Assembly (NCBI GenBank): GCA_951406725.2
Contig: OX597815.1
Coordinates: forward strand, 143,344,001-143,408,000
DNA from: Octopus vulgaris
Lineage: Eukaryota
DNA length: 64,000 nucleotides
Direction: 5' to 3'
Position numbers and translations under genes: made by a program. Positions within the stretch are counted from its first letter, which is position 1, and each line of letters begins with the position of its first letter. Below are positions 1-13,170 of the stretch, piece by piece. Below the pieces are notes generated by a model that was not told the origin of the DNA, did not search any database, and saw nothing but the letters and a program-made list of their open reading frames with translations.

Positions 1-199
1 TACTGAGATTGAAAAGTAGGAGCGAATATTTTGCATTTTATCCATAGCAATCAGTAAACTTCATAATTTTATTGAATTAGGTGCCTATTTTGCCATAAAA
101 GGAAAATGTTGCTATTGATCTATTTTATTCAAGGTAGGCACTGCCTACCTGTGCCTACTTAGGTGGCACATCCGTGATACATACATATATACATACACA

Positions 200-700
200 C
201 GCATGGTGGCTGCCCCCTCGTTATCGAGTATGGCTATTGCACTAAGCTTAATCAATGTTGTTATCGTGCAATGCCTGTGCAAGAAGATTTTTTTTAAAGT
301 GAGGAAAGGCTGTGCACTGAGTCAGTCCCACTCACTAAACAACAGCAGCCATAATCCGAAAAGAAGAACAAGTCAACATCATTGGTAACCACTGAGCCGC
401 AGGTTTTATGTTGGAGTTATCCCAGTTACCTGAGTTACCTTCTCCTAGAAGGATGCCCTAACAAAGGCTAGGAGTCCTTCACTCCCAATGGCTTAACCGC
501 GTGATCAGGTATTCAGTCGATTATTTCTATGTCCCCGCGCATGATACAGCCTTAAGACATTTATTGGATGACCGTTGACTCTCAAGAGTTCCTCCGCCCT
601 TTGATGGGTTTTGTTTTTCATCCTGCAGGGTGTCCAATAAATACCTTCCTCACCAAGCAAGCTTGGTGGGGTTGCTGGTTTAGTCACCGACAACCCGGCC
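200..700. mobile_element. Interspersed-repeat-like insertion, possibly an RTE-LINE 5'UTR-derived element
   Basis: Higher-GC, CpG-retaining block flanked by (CA/TA)n. ccttctcctagaaggatgccctaacaaaggctag resembles RTE 5'UTR motifs on the minus strand. Single copy in the window. Confidence 0.35.
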
Positions 701-714
701 ATGCACACACACAC

Positions 715-759
<45 letters not shown>

Positions 760-760
760 C

Positions 761-792
<32 letters not shown>

Positions 793-984
793 ACACACAC
801 ACACATATACATGCAAAGACACATGAACCCACATCTGTAAACACACACACACTCACTAACACACAGGTTCACATACACACACTCACAGGATCACACAGTG
901 ATGAGACACTGTGAAAGGGACAAAACCCTTCCAGACATAAAAATGATGATAAATGGCTCTCTAGGAGAAACAAAACCAACTTAC

Positions 985-1045
985 ACCTATTAAATATTTC
1001 TGGGCTTCCTATTACACCATGGACATCGGATACATCTTGGTTCAT
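985..1045 (-). CDS. SASH1: SASH1-like gene, exon G (MNQDVSDVHGVIGSPEIFNR)
   Basis: Strong acceptor ctttctatttcag| and donor t|gtaagt, 61 nt, phase 0 to 1, open in the required frame. The gene continues below position 1. Confidence 0.7.
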
Positions 1046-1234
1046 CTGAAATAGAAAGTAGAATGCTTATACTGCTGTAATTGTGTTGCTGTTGTGTGAT
1101 GGTGGTGTAGCATGAAAGCAAAATCATTTATATAATGTATGTTTGTATGGGTAGATATAGAAACAATTACATTTCTTGAAGGGTCATTTTAGCTATTTAA
1201 GAATTCACTATTATATTAAATTAATATGTTGTTC

Positions 1235-1398
1235 TCAAATTTTAGCACACGGCCAGCAATTTCGGGGGTGGAGGAATAAATCAATTACATTGACACCAGT
1301 GTCTGACTGGTACTTTCTTGGGAGAATTTGAACTCACGACATGAAGACAGGCAAAATGTCGCCTAGTGTGCTCATGATTCTGCCAGTTCACAGCCTTA
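1235..1398 (-). mobile_element. Degenerate SINE family M copy (tRNA head, Meta/MESC-like core)
   Basis: Matches the 26764-26995 copy in reverse (atttgaactca, ctgccagttcac, gcacacggccagcaatt). Confidence 0.65.
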
Positions 1399-1659
1399 TA
1401 TTCAATTAGTATATTACTTAATAGTTCAATCTGTTATGGAATATGAAAATAAACAAAAACTTTTGAGACATTCTGTGACCTGGTCAGTGACAATTTTACT
1501 GAATTATTTCCATAAGCAAGTCACAAAAGTGTGACAAAACTTGTATGCTTTTTGTACCATTCACCATACAAATCAATGTACATGTGTGTATGCATATGAG
1601 AGAGAGAAAGAGTGTGTGTGTGGTTGTGTGTGTATGTGCTTTTAGCAGGGTTCACTGAC

Positions 1660-1794
1660 CTGCCGTGACCTGTAATTTGGCTCCTTAGAACGTAGCAGTT
1701 TCTTTTTCAGGTCATTCCTCAAATCTTTGCTTCTGTCATTAACACTCAATGACCGTTGTGTGATCATTCCTCGCGGACAACTCTGACTCAGTCT
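1660..1794 (-). CDS. SASH1: SASH1-like gene, exon F (RLSQSCPRGMITQRSLSVNDRSKDLRNDLKKKLLRSKEPNYRSRQ)
   Basis: Acceptor ttacag|, donor cag|gtcagt, 135 nt open, phase 0 to 0. LKKKLLR resembles SASH1 VRKKLIR. Confidence 0.75.
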
Positions 1795-1981
1795 CTGTAA
1801 TGACATAACAACAACACAAATATACAGTTTTGTAGCAATGCATAAATTAACTCACCCGACACCTGCATACATGTATAAAATGATGTAACAGCAACACAAC
1901 CAGAGAATATTAAAACAATGTATGGATTATCACTCCACACATAGACATGTATACCTACCTACACATACATATACAATTGGT

Positions 1982-2250
1982 GAAGGCAAGTGGCTTAGTG
2001 GTTAGACTGTTGCATTCATGATCTTTAGATCATGGGTTCAATTCCCTGACTGGGCAGTGCATTGTGTTCTTGAGCAAAACTCTTTATTTCACATTGCTCC
2101 AGACCCCTTTCAATCAGAGGAAGATGTTGGCTTGCTCATTTGTCTAGCTAGTGGGATGCCATCATTTGTAGGCTAAAACAATGCAAAAGTGCATTATGAC
2201 CAGTGATGTGTAACATCTGATAGCCTGGTTGGCCATGTGGTCCCATGACA
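1982..2250 (+). mobile_element. tRNA-derived SINE family C (CORE-like body)
   Basis: A box tggcttagtgg, B box ggttcaattcc, then gtgttcttgagcaaaac...ttgctccag. Related copies at 12926 and 15831. Confidence 0.7.
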
Positions 2251-3316
2251 TATATAATTATGTATACATTACATGTACAACTATGTAACAACACAACTTT
2301 GGAATATTAAAACTGCCCTTCAGATTCTAGCTCCCTTCCTATCTTTCTACTATAGTGTCTACTACTCCACTGAACTATTGGTCAATGTAACATTACTCAT
2401 TGTTCTACAATTTTGTTGAGTCCTCCTTCTACCTCTACTACAGTGTCCACTGCTCCACTGAACTACCAGTCTATATATCACTACACCCATTGCTACACTA
2501 ACTTGTGGTGCCCTCATTTTATATCTGCTACAAAGTTTATTGCATCATTGAACTATCAAGTGATGTACCACCCTAATATATATCTACCTAATGCCTCTTT
2601 TCTCTCTCTTAATTGCTTCTTTATCTCCCTCATCAAAGTCTATATTAGACATTATCCCAATCCTTTTAATCCAAGCTGCCTCGCCCTCTGTTGATATTTT
2701 AGCTTGACACATCAACCAGCAAGTAATTAGCATATTAAGTAATTGAAAAGAAAAAAGAACAACAACCACATACCATATTTGTTTCATCATGATCGTCGTA
2801 GTCAGATGACATACCATCATCACCTGTACTGTAGCTATTGCTTCTCTGAAAAATACAATAGATAGAAGGAACTGATAACTCAGAACCAGGGAGAACAGTT
2901 TCTGTGGTATTATGATGGAATGGTAAAGTCAGAGACAGAGAGAATAGCTGTAGAAAAGTAGTGGTCATGTAGAATGGTTACATCAAAGAGAAGGTGAAGG
3001 TGATATAGTGAAGTAGTTAAATGAATAAAATTGTCAAGACTGTGTATAGTCATTAGTTGGAGTGTTACTCTCTGCTTGCAGAGTTTTCATAATGAATTGT
3101 GTTCATTAATACAGTTAGGCTATTAACAAGGCCAATAATTCAGGATTGTGAAATAAATGACTGAAGTGACTGTAGTATATTACTGGTATATATTACATGC
3201 TTTATCAAATCTGAAAAGATGTGAGACACAGTAAACCTTTGCAGGATATAAACACATATGGGGATGAGAGTGAAAGATCAATCATGGTTATCAATCACAA
3301 ACAAGTAGTAGTAGTA

Positions 3317-3359
<43 letters not shown>

Positions 3360-3594
3360 CAGCAGCAGCAGCAGTAGTAGTAGTAGAAGAACAACAACAA
3401 AGTAATTACAGGATTATTTCACATGGCTGGGAGGTGAGACAAGAATACAGCATGGCTTGATAGAAGACATATACATTTATTATTCAAAATTTTAAATTGG
3501 TTTGATCCGCAGGTAGAGGTTTGTGGCAATGGTTTTCACAGGTTTTCACAGCCTTTCACAGGCTTCCTGAGAGTGGTGACATCAGTGCAATTAA

Positions 3595-3830
3595 CATCAT
3601 CATCATCATCATCATTATTTAATGTCTCCTTTCCATGCTGGCTTGGGTGGGACGGTTTGATAGGAGCTTGCAAGTCAGAAGACTGTACCAAGCTCTGCTG
3701 TCTGCTTTGGTGTGGTTTCTATGGCTGGATGTCCTTCCTAATGTCAACCACTTTACAGAGTGTACTAGGTGCTTTTTTTGTGTCACCAGTACTAGCAAGG
3801 TCACCAAGTAATTTGCATGATAAGACCTCT
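3595..3830 (-). mobile_element. RTE-LINE 3'-end element with (GAT)n tail
   Basis: Shared motif ttccatgctgg...ggctggatg(c)ccttcctaa seen in about 12 copies in the window. Confidence 0.7.
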
Positions 3831-4199
3831 CAACTGAGAGGAGGGAAAATACTGAAGGAGATGGCTTTGTGCCAAGTGATGAGAAATTAAAGTATGAATA
3901 GAGAAACAAAGGTGTTTTGCAGTAGAGGGGATACAAGGATACCTCAGTCAGTGTTCTTTGGAGAGGAAGGAATGGACATAGTAGTTAACATATGGTTAGG
4001 GGATGGGATGGACACTATATGGATGATGACAAGCAAAGGGAGTAGAGATGAGGGGTTCAGAGTACCTGGGTATAGGTGACACAAGACCAGCAATCACCAA
4101 AGCGTAGGAGCTATTGTAATGGAAAAGTATAAAAATCAGAGAGAAAAGAGATTATGTCTGTGGGTAAAAGACTGGAGTGTGCTTGTGAGTGACTTCCTG

Positions 4200-4480
4200 C
4201 CAACCAGCTGAGTAATCTCACTTTAGAGGCAGCCTAAGATGGTTGTATGTGATGCAATAGTGCCTCAAATGTGAGAGTTATACTCCATTGTAGGTCTCAC
4301 TTGAGTTTTGCACAATGTTAGCAGTTGCTGGAGGCTGAAGTATTGGCTCTGAAGAGAAAGATCAGTTTTAGTGATACAATCTCTAATATACTGAATGTAT
4401 GTGTTTGCAGGAAAGATCCTCAGAAATGGTGAAGCCTAGCTTTTGTAGTGACCTTAAGGGTTTTAGCTGCATGCTGTTTG
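4200..4480 (-). mobile_element. Decayed CR1/Jockey-group LINE RT C-terminal fragment
   Basis: Minus-strand translation YFSLQQLLTLCKTQVRPTMEYNSHI matches the LYKxxVRPxMEYCSHIW motif. Stops and frameshifts present. Confidence 0.6.
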
Positions 4481-4827
4481 TGTTTTGTAGAGTGAGGCAT
4501 TATAATAATATTATGTATTTTTGCAGGTGAAGTAGACAAGATTGGCTTATCTCCATGAGAGGATATTTTTTGAGATTTACATTGATGGAGTTCATGTAGA
4601 TTTAATATGAGATGTCAGAGAGAAATGAAGTGTGGTATCATCAGAGTTGAAGTGAGTGCTGATGAAGATGACAATAAGATGAATATGATCTGTGTGGGAT
4701 ACAAAACCAAACTTTGGGCACACCAGAGTGTGAGTCACACAGAAATTCATCAGTACACTCCACATACACAACAGGCTAGTGGTCAGAACCAAGCAACCAG
4801 TTAATACTCACATCTTGACCAATCAAC

Positions 4828-5190
4828 ATCATCATCGTTTAACATCCATTTTCCATGCTAACATGGGTTGGACAGTTTGACTGGGGTCTGGGAAGCCAGG
4901 AGGCTGCACTAGGCTCCAGTCTGATCTGGCAGTGTTTCTACAGCTGGATGCCATTCCTAATTCCAACCAATCCATGAGTGTAGTGGATGCTTTTGATGTG
5001 CCACCAGTACAGGGGCCAGAGGAGGCTGGCAACAGCCATGATCGGTTGGTGCTTTTTATATGCCACAGGCATGGACGCCAGTCAAGGCAGTGCTGGCATT
5101 GGCCACGTTCGGATGGTGCTTTTTATGTGCCACCGGCATGGGTATCACAACTACAATTTCCATTCGATTTTTATTTTGATGTTGATGTAC
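4828..5190 (-). mobile_element. RTE-tail element with three ~60-bp internal tandem units
   Basis: (CAT)n end, conserved 3' block, repeated ggtgcttttNatgtgccacc units. Confidence 0.8.
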
Positions 5191-7769
5191 TGTGTTAAAC
5201 TATCAACCTCTTAATACCTGCATTTCAATTCAAACCTATATTAAAACTCTTAAAGTAGTTAGTATTTTTTATTTCTATCTGTTAGTGTTTCGCATCCATT
5301 TTCCCTGTCTTCCAGGTAGATTTGGTTTCCTTTAGAACATATATTTCCACAGCTAGAAAACATATTTCCACAGCTGGAAAGCTGCTCCTTCCCATCAATA
5401 GCTACACGACTATTAAGTAAAGAGCAGGATCTTTTTTTTTTTCTGTCACACAAACTAGTGAACAAAACAATGTTAGTGGTAAGATTTCAACTTATGATCA
5501 AGAGGTCAGTAAAACAGGATCTTAAACCTCACAGCTATTTTACCTATGGAAGAACAAATACTTGACTAACCACATTAGTAATTTCCTAATTGATTTAGAA
5601 CTTTGGTGGGATTAGATCTTTGTCACACTGCACTGAATATTAAAGTATTTTTATGGCTTAGTCAGAAGGGGCAGAACTCACAGCAACACCTTTTTAGGGC
5701 TTCTAATATTGCAGATTTGGCAAGAATGCTTGAAACAGAGTAGACCCACAATGACACCCATGAGCTCAGTGATGGAGCTAAACTGAGAGATATATTAAGC
5801 CTTCCCCTCAAGAACAGGAAAGGTCCTTGTAACAGACTTCTGCTCGATTCCATCCAACTAATTTCTCTTGCAAAGCCAAGGCTGCTATAGTCAAAGACAT
5901 TAACCCAGAGTGCCATAGTGTGGGCTCAGCCTGGAACAGCAAGCATTTGTTTATCTGGTGAGTTCTATCTTGAACACAGCCATGCAAGTGTTCAACTTAG
6001 AACTGACAAGCTTAGTTTTCGGTCAACCCCTCAAAAGATAGACCAGTATGTAAGGTGTTACAAAGTCAACAATTGGTACTGATAACAAAAAGATATTGTA
6101 CTGTGGTATTATTTTAAAATATCACATGGGCACATGTGTGAGTATAAGGAGGGGTGGTGCAGGCTGTTTCTCTAACCCACCACCATTCCACTTGTTGACT
6201 GGTTCTGGGATTCCACAGAGAACATATAAATAACCAGATCAGATCAGATAGAACTACTGTGGATGTCTTTCTAATTGAAATGACTGTACTTGTGAAAATC
6301 GTTCAATAGGAATAGTTGGTCTGTTGGTTGGTCAGTCGGTTGGTCAATAAGAGTAGTTGATCTGTTGGCTGGGTGGTCAATTGGGGTAGCTAGTTTGTTG
6401 ATCTGTAGGTCTATTGGTGAACAGTTTTGTGTTTTGATTGAAATGGTAAACACTGGAACAATAAGTGTATGCATTCACCGTTTCCTATGATGAACAATGA
6501 GAGAAATAGAGCTGGAGTGCATGTATATGCGTGTGTGTGTGCATCTGCATATATACATCTGTGACTGTATTTATGTTCATAAATGTTTGCATACGTGTGT
6601 TGTCTGTATGTATGTGTATCGTGTATGTGTGTGTTTGCATATGTTTGTGTGTGTGTGTGTATGCATGTGTAAATATATGTATGTATATATGTATGTATGT
6701 ATATATGTCTTTTTGTTCAATGTGTATGAATCTACTTGTGTGTGCATGTGAGCGTGTGTGCGTTTGTACATGTGTGTGTGTGTGTGTGTGTGTATGTGTG
6801 TGATTTGTACATCTGATAGAAAGAGGGGTAGGAGGACATTGCATTCAATAGATGAAAAGGAAGTTGCTAGAGAACCAATACTTGCACAGTTACCCATCCA
6901 CCCTGGCTTATGGTGAAGTAGGAGGAGGTTTTTGTATGTGTGTGTTTGTTGAGGGATTGGTGACGGTGGTGGGGGGAGGGATTAGGTGGAGTGGGAGAGA
7001 GGAGAGTTGATGAGGAGAATAAACCAAGTGACCAGCAAGCAGTTAATTAATTATGAGTTAATGACAAAGCAAGAGAAACAGTGGCTGCGTTGTTTACAGG
7101 GGAGAAGGGTGCAATGGGGGGGAGGAAACATTGATCATTGAAATGCACACACACACACACATGTGCGCATATATATACATATAGTGATATACATAAGGTG
7201 GTGCGTGTTTAAAGATGGGAGAAAGTAATAGGAAAGGATGCATCAATCACTTATGTATACATAAATGGGAGCACATATATACACAAATGAACAAATGTGT
7301 AAAACATAACTAGGTAAATTAATGAATACATACATATACTGAGAGCAACATACATACATGCACATACATACACATATACACACATGTACACATATATAAA
7401 CACACACACACATATATGAGCAGCAGTAAGAAACTCCAAGAAGTGAGTCACATGGACTCAGCTTTGAATACGTGTTATTCCACTACCTATTATTATGAAC
7501 TTATAATCATCACGTGTCTGTGTGTGTGTGCATGTATGTGTGTGACAGAGAGAGAGAGAGTGTGTGTGTGTGTGTGTGTGTATCATATTTTTCATTTTAG
7601 CATTCACTTTTCTGTGTTTGCCAGAACATATTTTCAGAGAAACAAACGATGCCTCATGTACGATGGTGATAATCGTTAACAACTATCACATGGTATCAAG
7701 ACAAGAAGACACAAACACAAACACAAATACACACACACACACACACATGCGTGTGTGTATACAGATATG

Positions 7770-7925
7770 ACAGGCTTCATTCAGTTTCTGTCTACCAAAT
7801 CTACTTAGAAGGCTTTAGTCAATACAGGAATATAGTAGAAGACACTTGCCCAAAGTGACATGCAGTGAGACTGAACCAGAAATCTCATGGCTGGAAAGCA
7901 AACTTAACTACAAAGTCATGGCTGC
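7770..7925 (-). mobile_element. tRNA-derived SINE family K head (divergent)
   Basis: Reverse match to the 7978 copy (cagtttctgtctaccaaat, agaagacacttgccca). Confidence 0.65.
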
Positions 7926-7977
7926 TATGTATTTATTTATTTATATATATATATCTGTTTATACATACATATATATA

Positions 7978-8610
7978 TAGGAATGGCTGTGTGGTAAGTA
8001 GCTTGCTTACCAACCACATGGTTCTGGGTTCAGTCCCACTGCATAGCACCTTGGGAAAGGGTCTTCTACTGTAGCCTCGGGCCAACCAAAGCCTTATGAG
8101 TGATTGGATTTGGTAGATGGAAACTGAAAGAAGCTCGTCATGTGTGTGTGTGTGTGTGTGTGTGTGTGAGTATTTGTGCGTCTGTGTTATCCTTCCCACC
8201 ATTACTTGACAATGCTGGTGTGTTTATGTCTCTGTAACTTAGCAGTTTGGGAATGACTAGGTTTAGAAGGAATAGAATGTTACAAGTAGTTGGGTTTTGC
8301 TTTATATTTTTTACAATTCTATTCTATCCCTTCTAAACCTAGTCATTCCCAACATTTTTGATTATCTCCCTTATACCAGAAAATTCCTGATTACCTTCCC
8401 CTGTCTGGAACTCTACATTTCACAACATAGTGAAGACATGCTCAATATAGGTAAAGAAATTTGAAAAGAAAATACGAAACCAGTTATTCCTCCCAAAACT
8501 ATATTACTATACGCAAAATTTTATAACATTTTTCTAATATAACAATTTAAATATATTCTTTAAATGTGGTGCCCCAGCATGGCCGTGGCCTTCGGGCTGA
8601 AACATTTTTA
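7978..8610 (+). mobile_element. Bipartite tRNA-derived SINE family K with internal (TG)n, interrupted by a ~320-bp insertion
   Basis: A box tggctgtgtgg, B box ggttcagtccc, body ccttgggNaagNgtcttctact...gaaactgaaagaagc. The second half resumes at ~8565 (gtggtgccccagcatggcc). Confidence 0.75.
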
Positions 8611-8977
8611 AGGATTTTAAGGATTTATATAACACAAGCCTTCTGTAGTTTTTTCACTCATTTTTGTCTTTTATATATATATATAAGGAGATACAAACAC
8701 ATACATACACAATGGGCTTCTTTTAGTTTCCATCAACCAAATCCACCTACAAAGCTTTGTTTGACCCTGAACTATAACAGAAGACATGTATTCTAAGTGC
8801 CAGGTAGTGGGACTGAATTTGAAATAGTGTGTGTGTGGGATGCAAATTTCTTAACTACATGAGCCATGCCTGGCATTGCTTAAATGATTTTTTTCTTACT
8901 TCATCCAAAGTACATATGCACCAAAATCTTTTATTGGTATTAAATTCATTTTTTTTTTACAGTATTTATAATCAACA

Positions 8978-9355
8978 TTGGCTCCTGTGCTGGTGGCATG
9001 TAAAAAGCACCCACTACACTTTCAGTGATACCCGTGCCGGTGGCACATAAAAAGCACCATCCGAACATGGCCAATGCCAGCGCTGCCTTGATTGGCGTCC
9101 ATGCCTGTGGCATGTAAAAAGTACCAACCGATCATGGCCGTTGCCAGCCTCCTCTGGCCCCTGTACTGGTGGCACATAAAAAGCACCCACTACACTCATG
9201 GATTGGTTGGCATTAGGAAGGGCATCCAGCTGTAGAAACATTGCCAGATCAGATTGGAGCCTGGTGCAGCCGCTGGCTTTCCTGACCTCAATCAAACTGT
9301 CCAATCCATGCCAGCATGGAAAACGGACATTAAATGATGTTGATGATGATGATTG
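8978..9355 (+). mobile_element. RTE-tail element with ~60-bp internal tandem units and (GAT)n tail
   Basis: Near-identical reverse complement of 4828-5190. Confidence 0.8.
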
Positions 9356-10319
9356 CTTCTTAATAAGTTTGATCATCAGGTGTCATCTTGCTTGTGTGTA
9401 TGTGATTCCAAACTAGATTCAAATTTGGAATGTATATTTCTGAATTAAGTGTAGTCAAGTCCTGTACCTCTACCTACTCCACTGGTCTTTTGTATGATGA
9501 ACTGTGCAGTGTCTAGACACATTTTTATGGCAAGCATAAAACTTGATGCTGCCTAATTGATTTTACACTTCAAACATGTATACAATGTGAAGACACATAT
9601 GGGAAGACATACACATGACAAACACTCTCAAGCATGAGTGTACATGTACACACACACACACACACACACAATTTTTACAATTTATCTGCTTTTATCACTT
9701 ACATGGTAGTGATCAGCCTGGAGCTGTAATAAAGGACACTTGGCCATGGTACCCAAAGCTATATGGTTGCATAAGGAATTTCTTAACTACACAGCTATGA
9801 CGACAGTTAGTTTGAAAAATTATGATCTTAGGTACTTGAATTGTATAAATTTCTAACTTTGGCACAATATTATAAATTTACATATCAGGAGATCAACACA
9901 AGAAGCATGTTGTTCCTTACTGACTACTGGTGTCCTGATTATCAAAGTGGAGGGAATTGAGAACTAATTCACTATAATTTAAAAATTGTTTTTTCATTTG
10001 CTGGGTCTGAAAGAAAGCTGATGACCCTTGTAGGACCTCCAAAACTGGTATGGTTGATGTTTAGGAAGCCTGACATTATCAAGGCAGATAAGACCAACTC
10101 ATCACATGCAATACTTGATAAGATGAGCTTCCATACTGAGACAGTCACCTTTCCAATACTTCAGCATCAGGTGTGAAAGATTGCCAGTTAATATTCAATA
10201 TGCACCATAAACTCTTCTGTGGAATCCTGTGAAAAATTTGATGTGTCATCAATATAAATACATAAACTGGACATCAATACAATGTTCAGTTTGTAATGGA
10301 AGTCATTTCTACAATGATT

Positions 10320-10540
10320 ATGAGCTGGCAGAATCATTAACACACTGGAAGAAATGCATAGCAATACTTTGCCGTCACTATGTTCTGAGTTCAAATTCCA
10401 CTGAGGTGGACTTTGCCTTTCATCCTTTCGGGGTCAATAAATTAAGTACCAGTTGTGAACTGAGGTCTGTGTAATCGACTGCCCCCTCCCCCCACCACCA
10501 CCCCAAATTTTAGGCCTTGTGCCTATAATAGAAAGGATTA
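10320..10540 (+). mobile_element. SINE family M copy
   Basis: gagctggcagaatcatta...gagttcaaattcc...gactttgcctttcatcctttcggggtcaataaattaagtaccag. Confidence 0.8.
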
Positions 10541-10775
10541 TGGCTATTGATATTCAATGAGCTACAAAGTGAAATAAGCTTTTATGTTTGTTTTCTTACC
10601 TCAGATGACGAGTTTATCATGTGCAGGATTCTATCACAACTGTTACATATCTCTTAGTTAAATGCAATGAAGAATCATGACATTTGCTATTATATACAGA
10701 CATATGTCTCTTTAGGTCCTCAAAAGGTATTTGTGACTTTGGCAGATTTATCTTATTTCAGTTTACATGAAGATT

Positions 10776-11142
10776 TATTACCTCTGCCTTAGTGAAGGCA
10801 GAGGTATTGTTTTCAATCATGTTTGTTTGTTTGTCCGTGAACAAGATATCTCAAGAACCACAGGATGGACTCAAATGAAATTTCCAGGGATATTTGGTCT
10901 CAAGACTGGCACAAACTGATTAGATTTTGGCATCAATCCTGTACCGGACAAGGATTCTGGATTATTTTTCCTGTTTTTTTTTTTACTTAATTTTTGTGAG
11001 TGGTTGGGTTCATTTTCCGTATTCTAGTTTGTGAGAGCAGTTGAGTTTATTTCAGATACTCTCATTTTAAAAATCATCTCTGGCTAATTGTTGAGAGGAT
11101 GTTGGTGTTGCCTTGGCAGAGGCTTGCACTTTCTGAGCACTC
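10776..11142 (+). mobile_element. Helentron-associated non-autonomous element (HINE / DINE-1-like)
   Basis: 5' ttattacctctgcctt...aaggcagaggta inverted repeat, (GTTT)n/GTCC microsatellite, 3' subterminal repeat ccttggcagagg plus a gcact...gagcac stem-loop remnant. Confidence 0.7.
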
Positions 11143-11675
11143 ATATTATTATCTTGCTTTCATTCCTGTAGCATTCAGTAGCTAACATGACCAACCTTAG
11201 ATAGACAAACTTCATTGTGAATGGGACGTTTGAAAGGATTATCAATATCTATGCGTTTTCATTTCCTCACATCTTATTTCAGTTCTTTGTGTTTAATGTG
11301 ATTCTCTTCAAAATACTAGGATGCATTAAAGTTTCTTTTTTCTTCATTTTGTTCCATTTTCCAGTTTTCTACATGAATGCTACAATTTTTATGATCAAAT
11401 GTAATGCAATTATTGTATCTTAACTTCAGTTTGTGAGGGCCTCTTTTCACAGAATGTAATTCTCCATGGAGAATTTATGGGATTATTCCATCTTCCATAT
11501 AAACTATACAGCCTGCTTACCTCAGTCTGCTACAAGAGAGCTTTCATACTTACAACATTCACTACTTCAAAACTTCAACAACACTCATGTTGATATATGC
11601 AAAATTAGTTGAACACTCTTCTGCTGAAGATGCTACAACTAATTTAACATAATTTGAACATAATATTCTTCTCTC

Positions 11676-11712
<37 letters not shown>

Positions 11713-12103
11713 ATGCACACAGGTATGGTTGTGTAATTGAGAAATTCAGTTCCCAACCACCTGGCTTGGGATTCTTCAATTCCACTGTGCAGCACCTTGG
11801 GCAAGTGTCTTTTCTTCTACTATAGTACCAGGTAGAATAGGATACAATATAGCAAATGCTGGGCTTTTTTTAAAAATAAAGGCTAAATTATTTTATGGAG
11901 TTTTGGTGAAATGATATTCCAGTATAGATACTAAGAGAGTTCAGTGGAGAGATACTAAAATTTATAAATATTGTTGAGGGACAAGGACTATGATAAGTTT
12001 CAATACTTCCATACCATTTGTAATTCCAGTGTTAGAAAGATGTAAACTGGCAATGAATACAAAATGTACAAAAAGTCAAAGGAAGAATATGTTGAATACT
12101 TAC

Positions 12104-12693
12104 AGCAAAGTTCCTCATTCTTGCCGGTAAAGATTCTGGTTTACGTCCACCAGCAGGAGAGGTTTCGGAACTTGCAGACATTGTTGAATTGCTGCAATTT
12201 GCAATGTCCCCATTTCGAGTTGCTGCGATTTCATTGGGTAATGGTCCATGTGACGGACACCCCGCTGACAGATCAGAGTCTAAAGAAGTACCCGATGCAC
12301 TTTTACTAACCCCACTACTGTTTTTCTTTAATGCATCATCATCTTTCCCCTCGGCTGCTGGAGAGAGCGAGATTAGAAGCTGTTCATCAGAGGCTTTGTT
12401 GCCTCCTGTTAAATAAAGTACCGGAGAGTATAGACGGCTGTGTGACGGTGACCCTCCCACCGAAGTTGATTTTGTGCTGTCTGTATGGCTACTGCCACCA
12501 CGTGTTGGAGAGCATGATATAGACCTCATGAATTCTGGAGATTGTGACTGGTGGAATTCCATATGGCCTATACTATGGACTCTCCGGTGTTCAGTACATT
12601 GGTAATCGGATGATCCCCGATTGTCTGGCCAACGCATGCGATCATCTACATCTTGAGACTGAGAACGGCATATCTCACAACGAGGTGATGAAC
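12104..12693 (-). CDS. SASH1: SASH1-like gene, 590-nt Ser-rich exon E (GSSPRCEICRSQSQDVDDRMRWPD...ESLPARMRNFA)
   Basis: Acceptor ttttctatccttag|, donor gct|gtaagt, phase 1 to 0. Coincides with the 201-aa ORF 12032..12637. Higher GC and non-repetitive. Confidence 0.85.
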
Positions 12694-12925
12694 CTAAGGA
12701 TAGAAAACAAGAACAGTGTCACAATTTTTTTGTTACAAACATTGCACCAAAACCCTATCACATAGTGAACTTACATCAGTAAAATTTAAAGATGCATTTG
12801 GAGTATTTGGGAAAATAATAAGATGTTTCGCTAAATTTCCATTACACACTCCACTCCACATTCTCTACTTTATCGAAACACATTCTCCTCATTCCTTACA
12901 TTACACACCTAAACAAACTCTGTGT

Positions 12926-13170
12926 GGAGGCTCATGGCTTAGTGGTTAGGGTGTAGGACTCATGATCATAAGATTATGGTTTCAGTTCCTGGACCAGGCG
13001 ACGTGTTGTGTTCTTGAGCAAAACACTTCATTTCACGTTGCTCCAGTCCACTTGGCTGGCAAAAATGAGTAATCCTGTGATGGACTGGCATCCCATCCAA
13101 GTAGGGAATTTATATGCCATGGAAACCAGGATACAGGCCTGGAGGGTCAGCATTACTCAAAAAGGAAACT
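12926..13170 (+). mobile_element. tRNA-derived SINE family C
   Basis: tggcttagtggttagg A box, B-box-like gtttcagttcc, CORE-like gtgttcttgagcaaaacactt, then cctgtgatggactggcatcccatcca. Confidence 0.75.

Noticed and set aside
10600-10650. Strong minus-strand donor ctgag|gtaag
   Set aside because: Upstream acceptors are weak and the nearest candidate has an in-frame stop.
12926-13000. tRNA genes at SINE heads (also 1982, 7978, 15831, 26764, 45650)
   Set aside because: A and B boxes are present but there is no intact cloverleaf, and each runs into a repeated SINE body.
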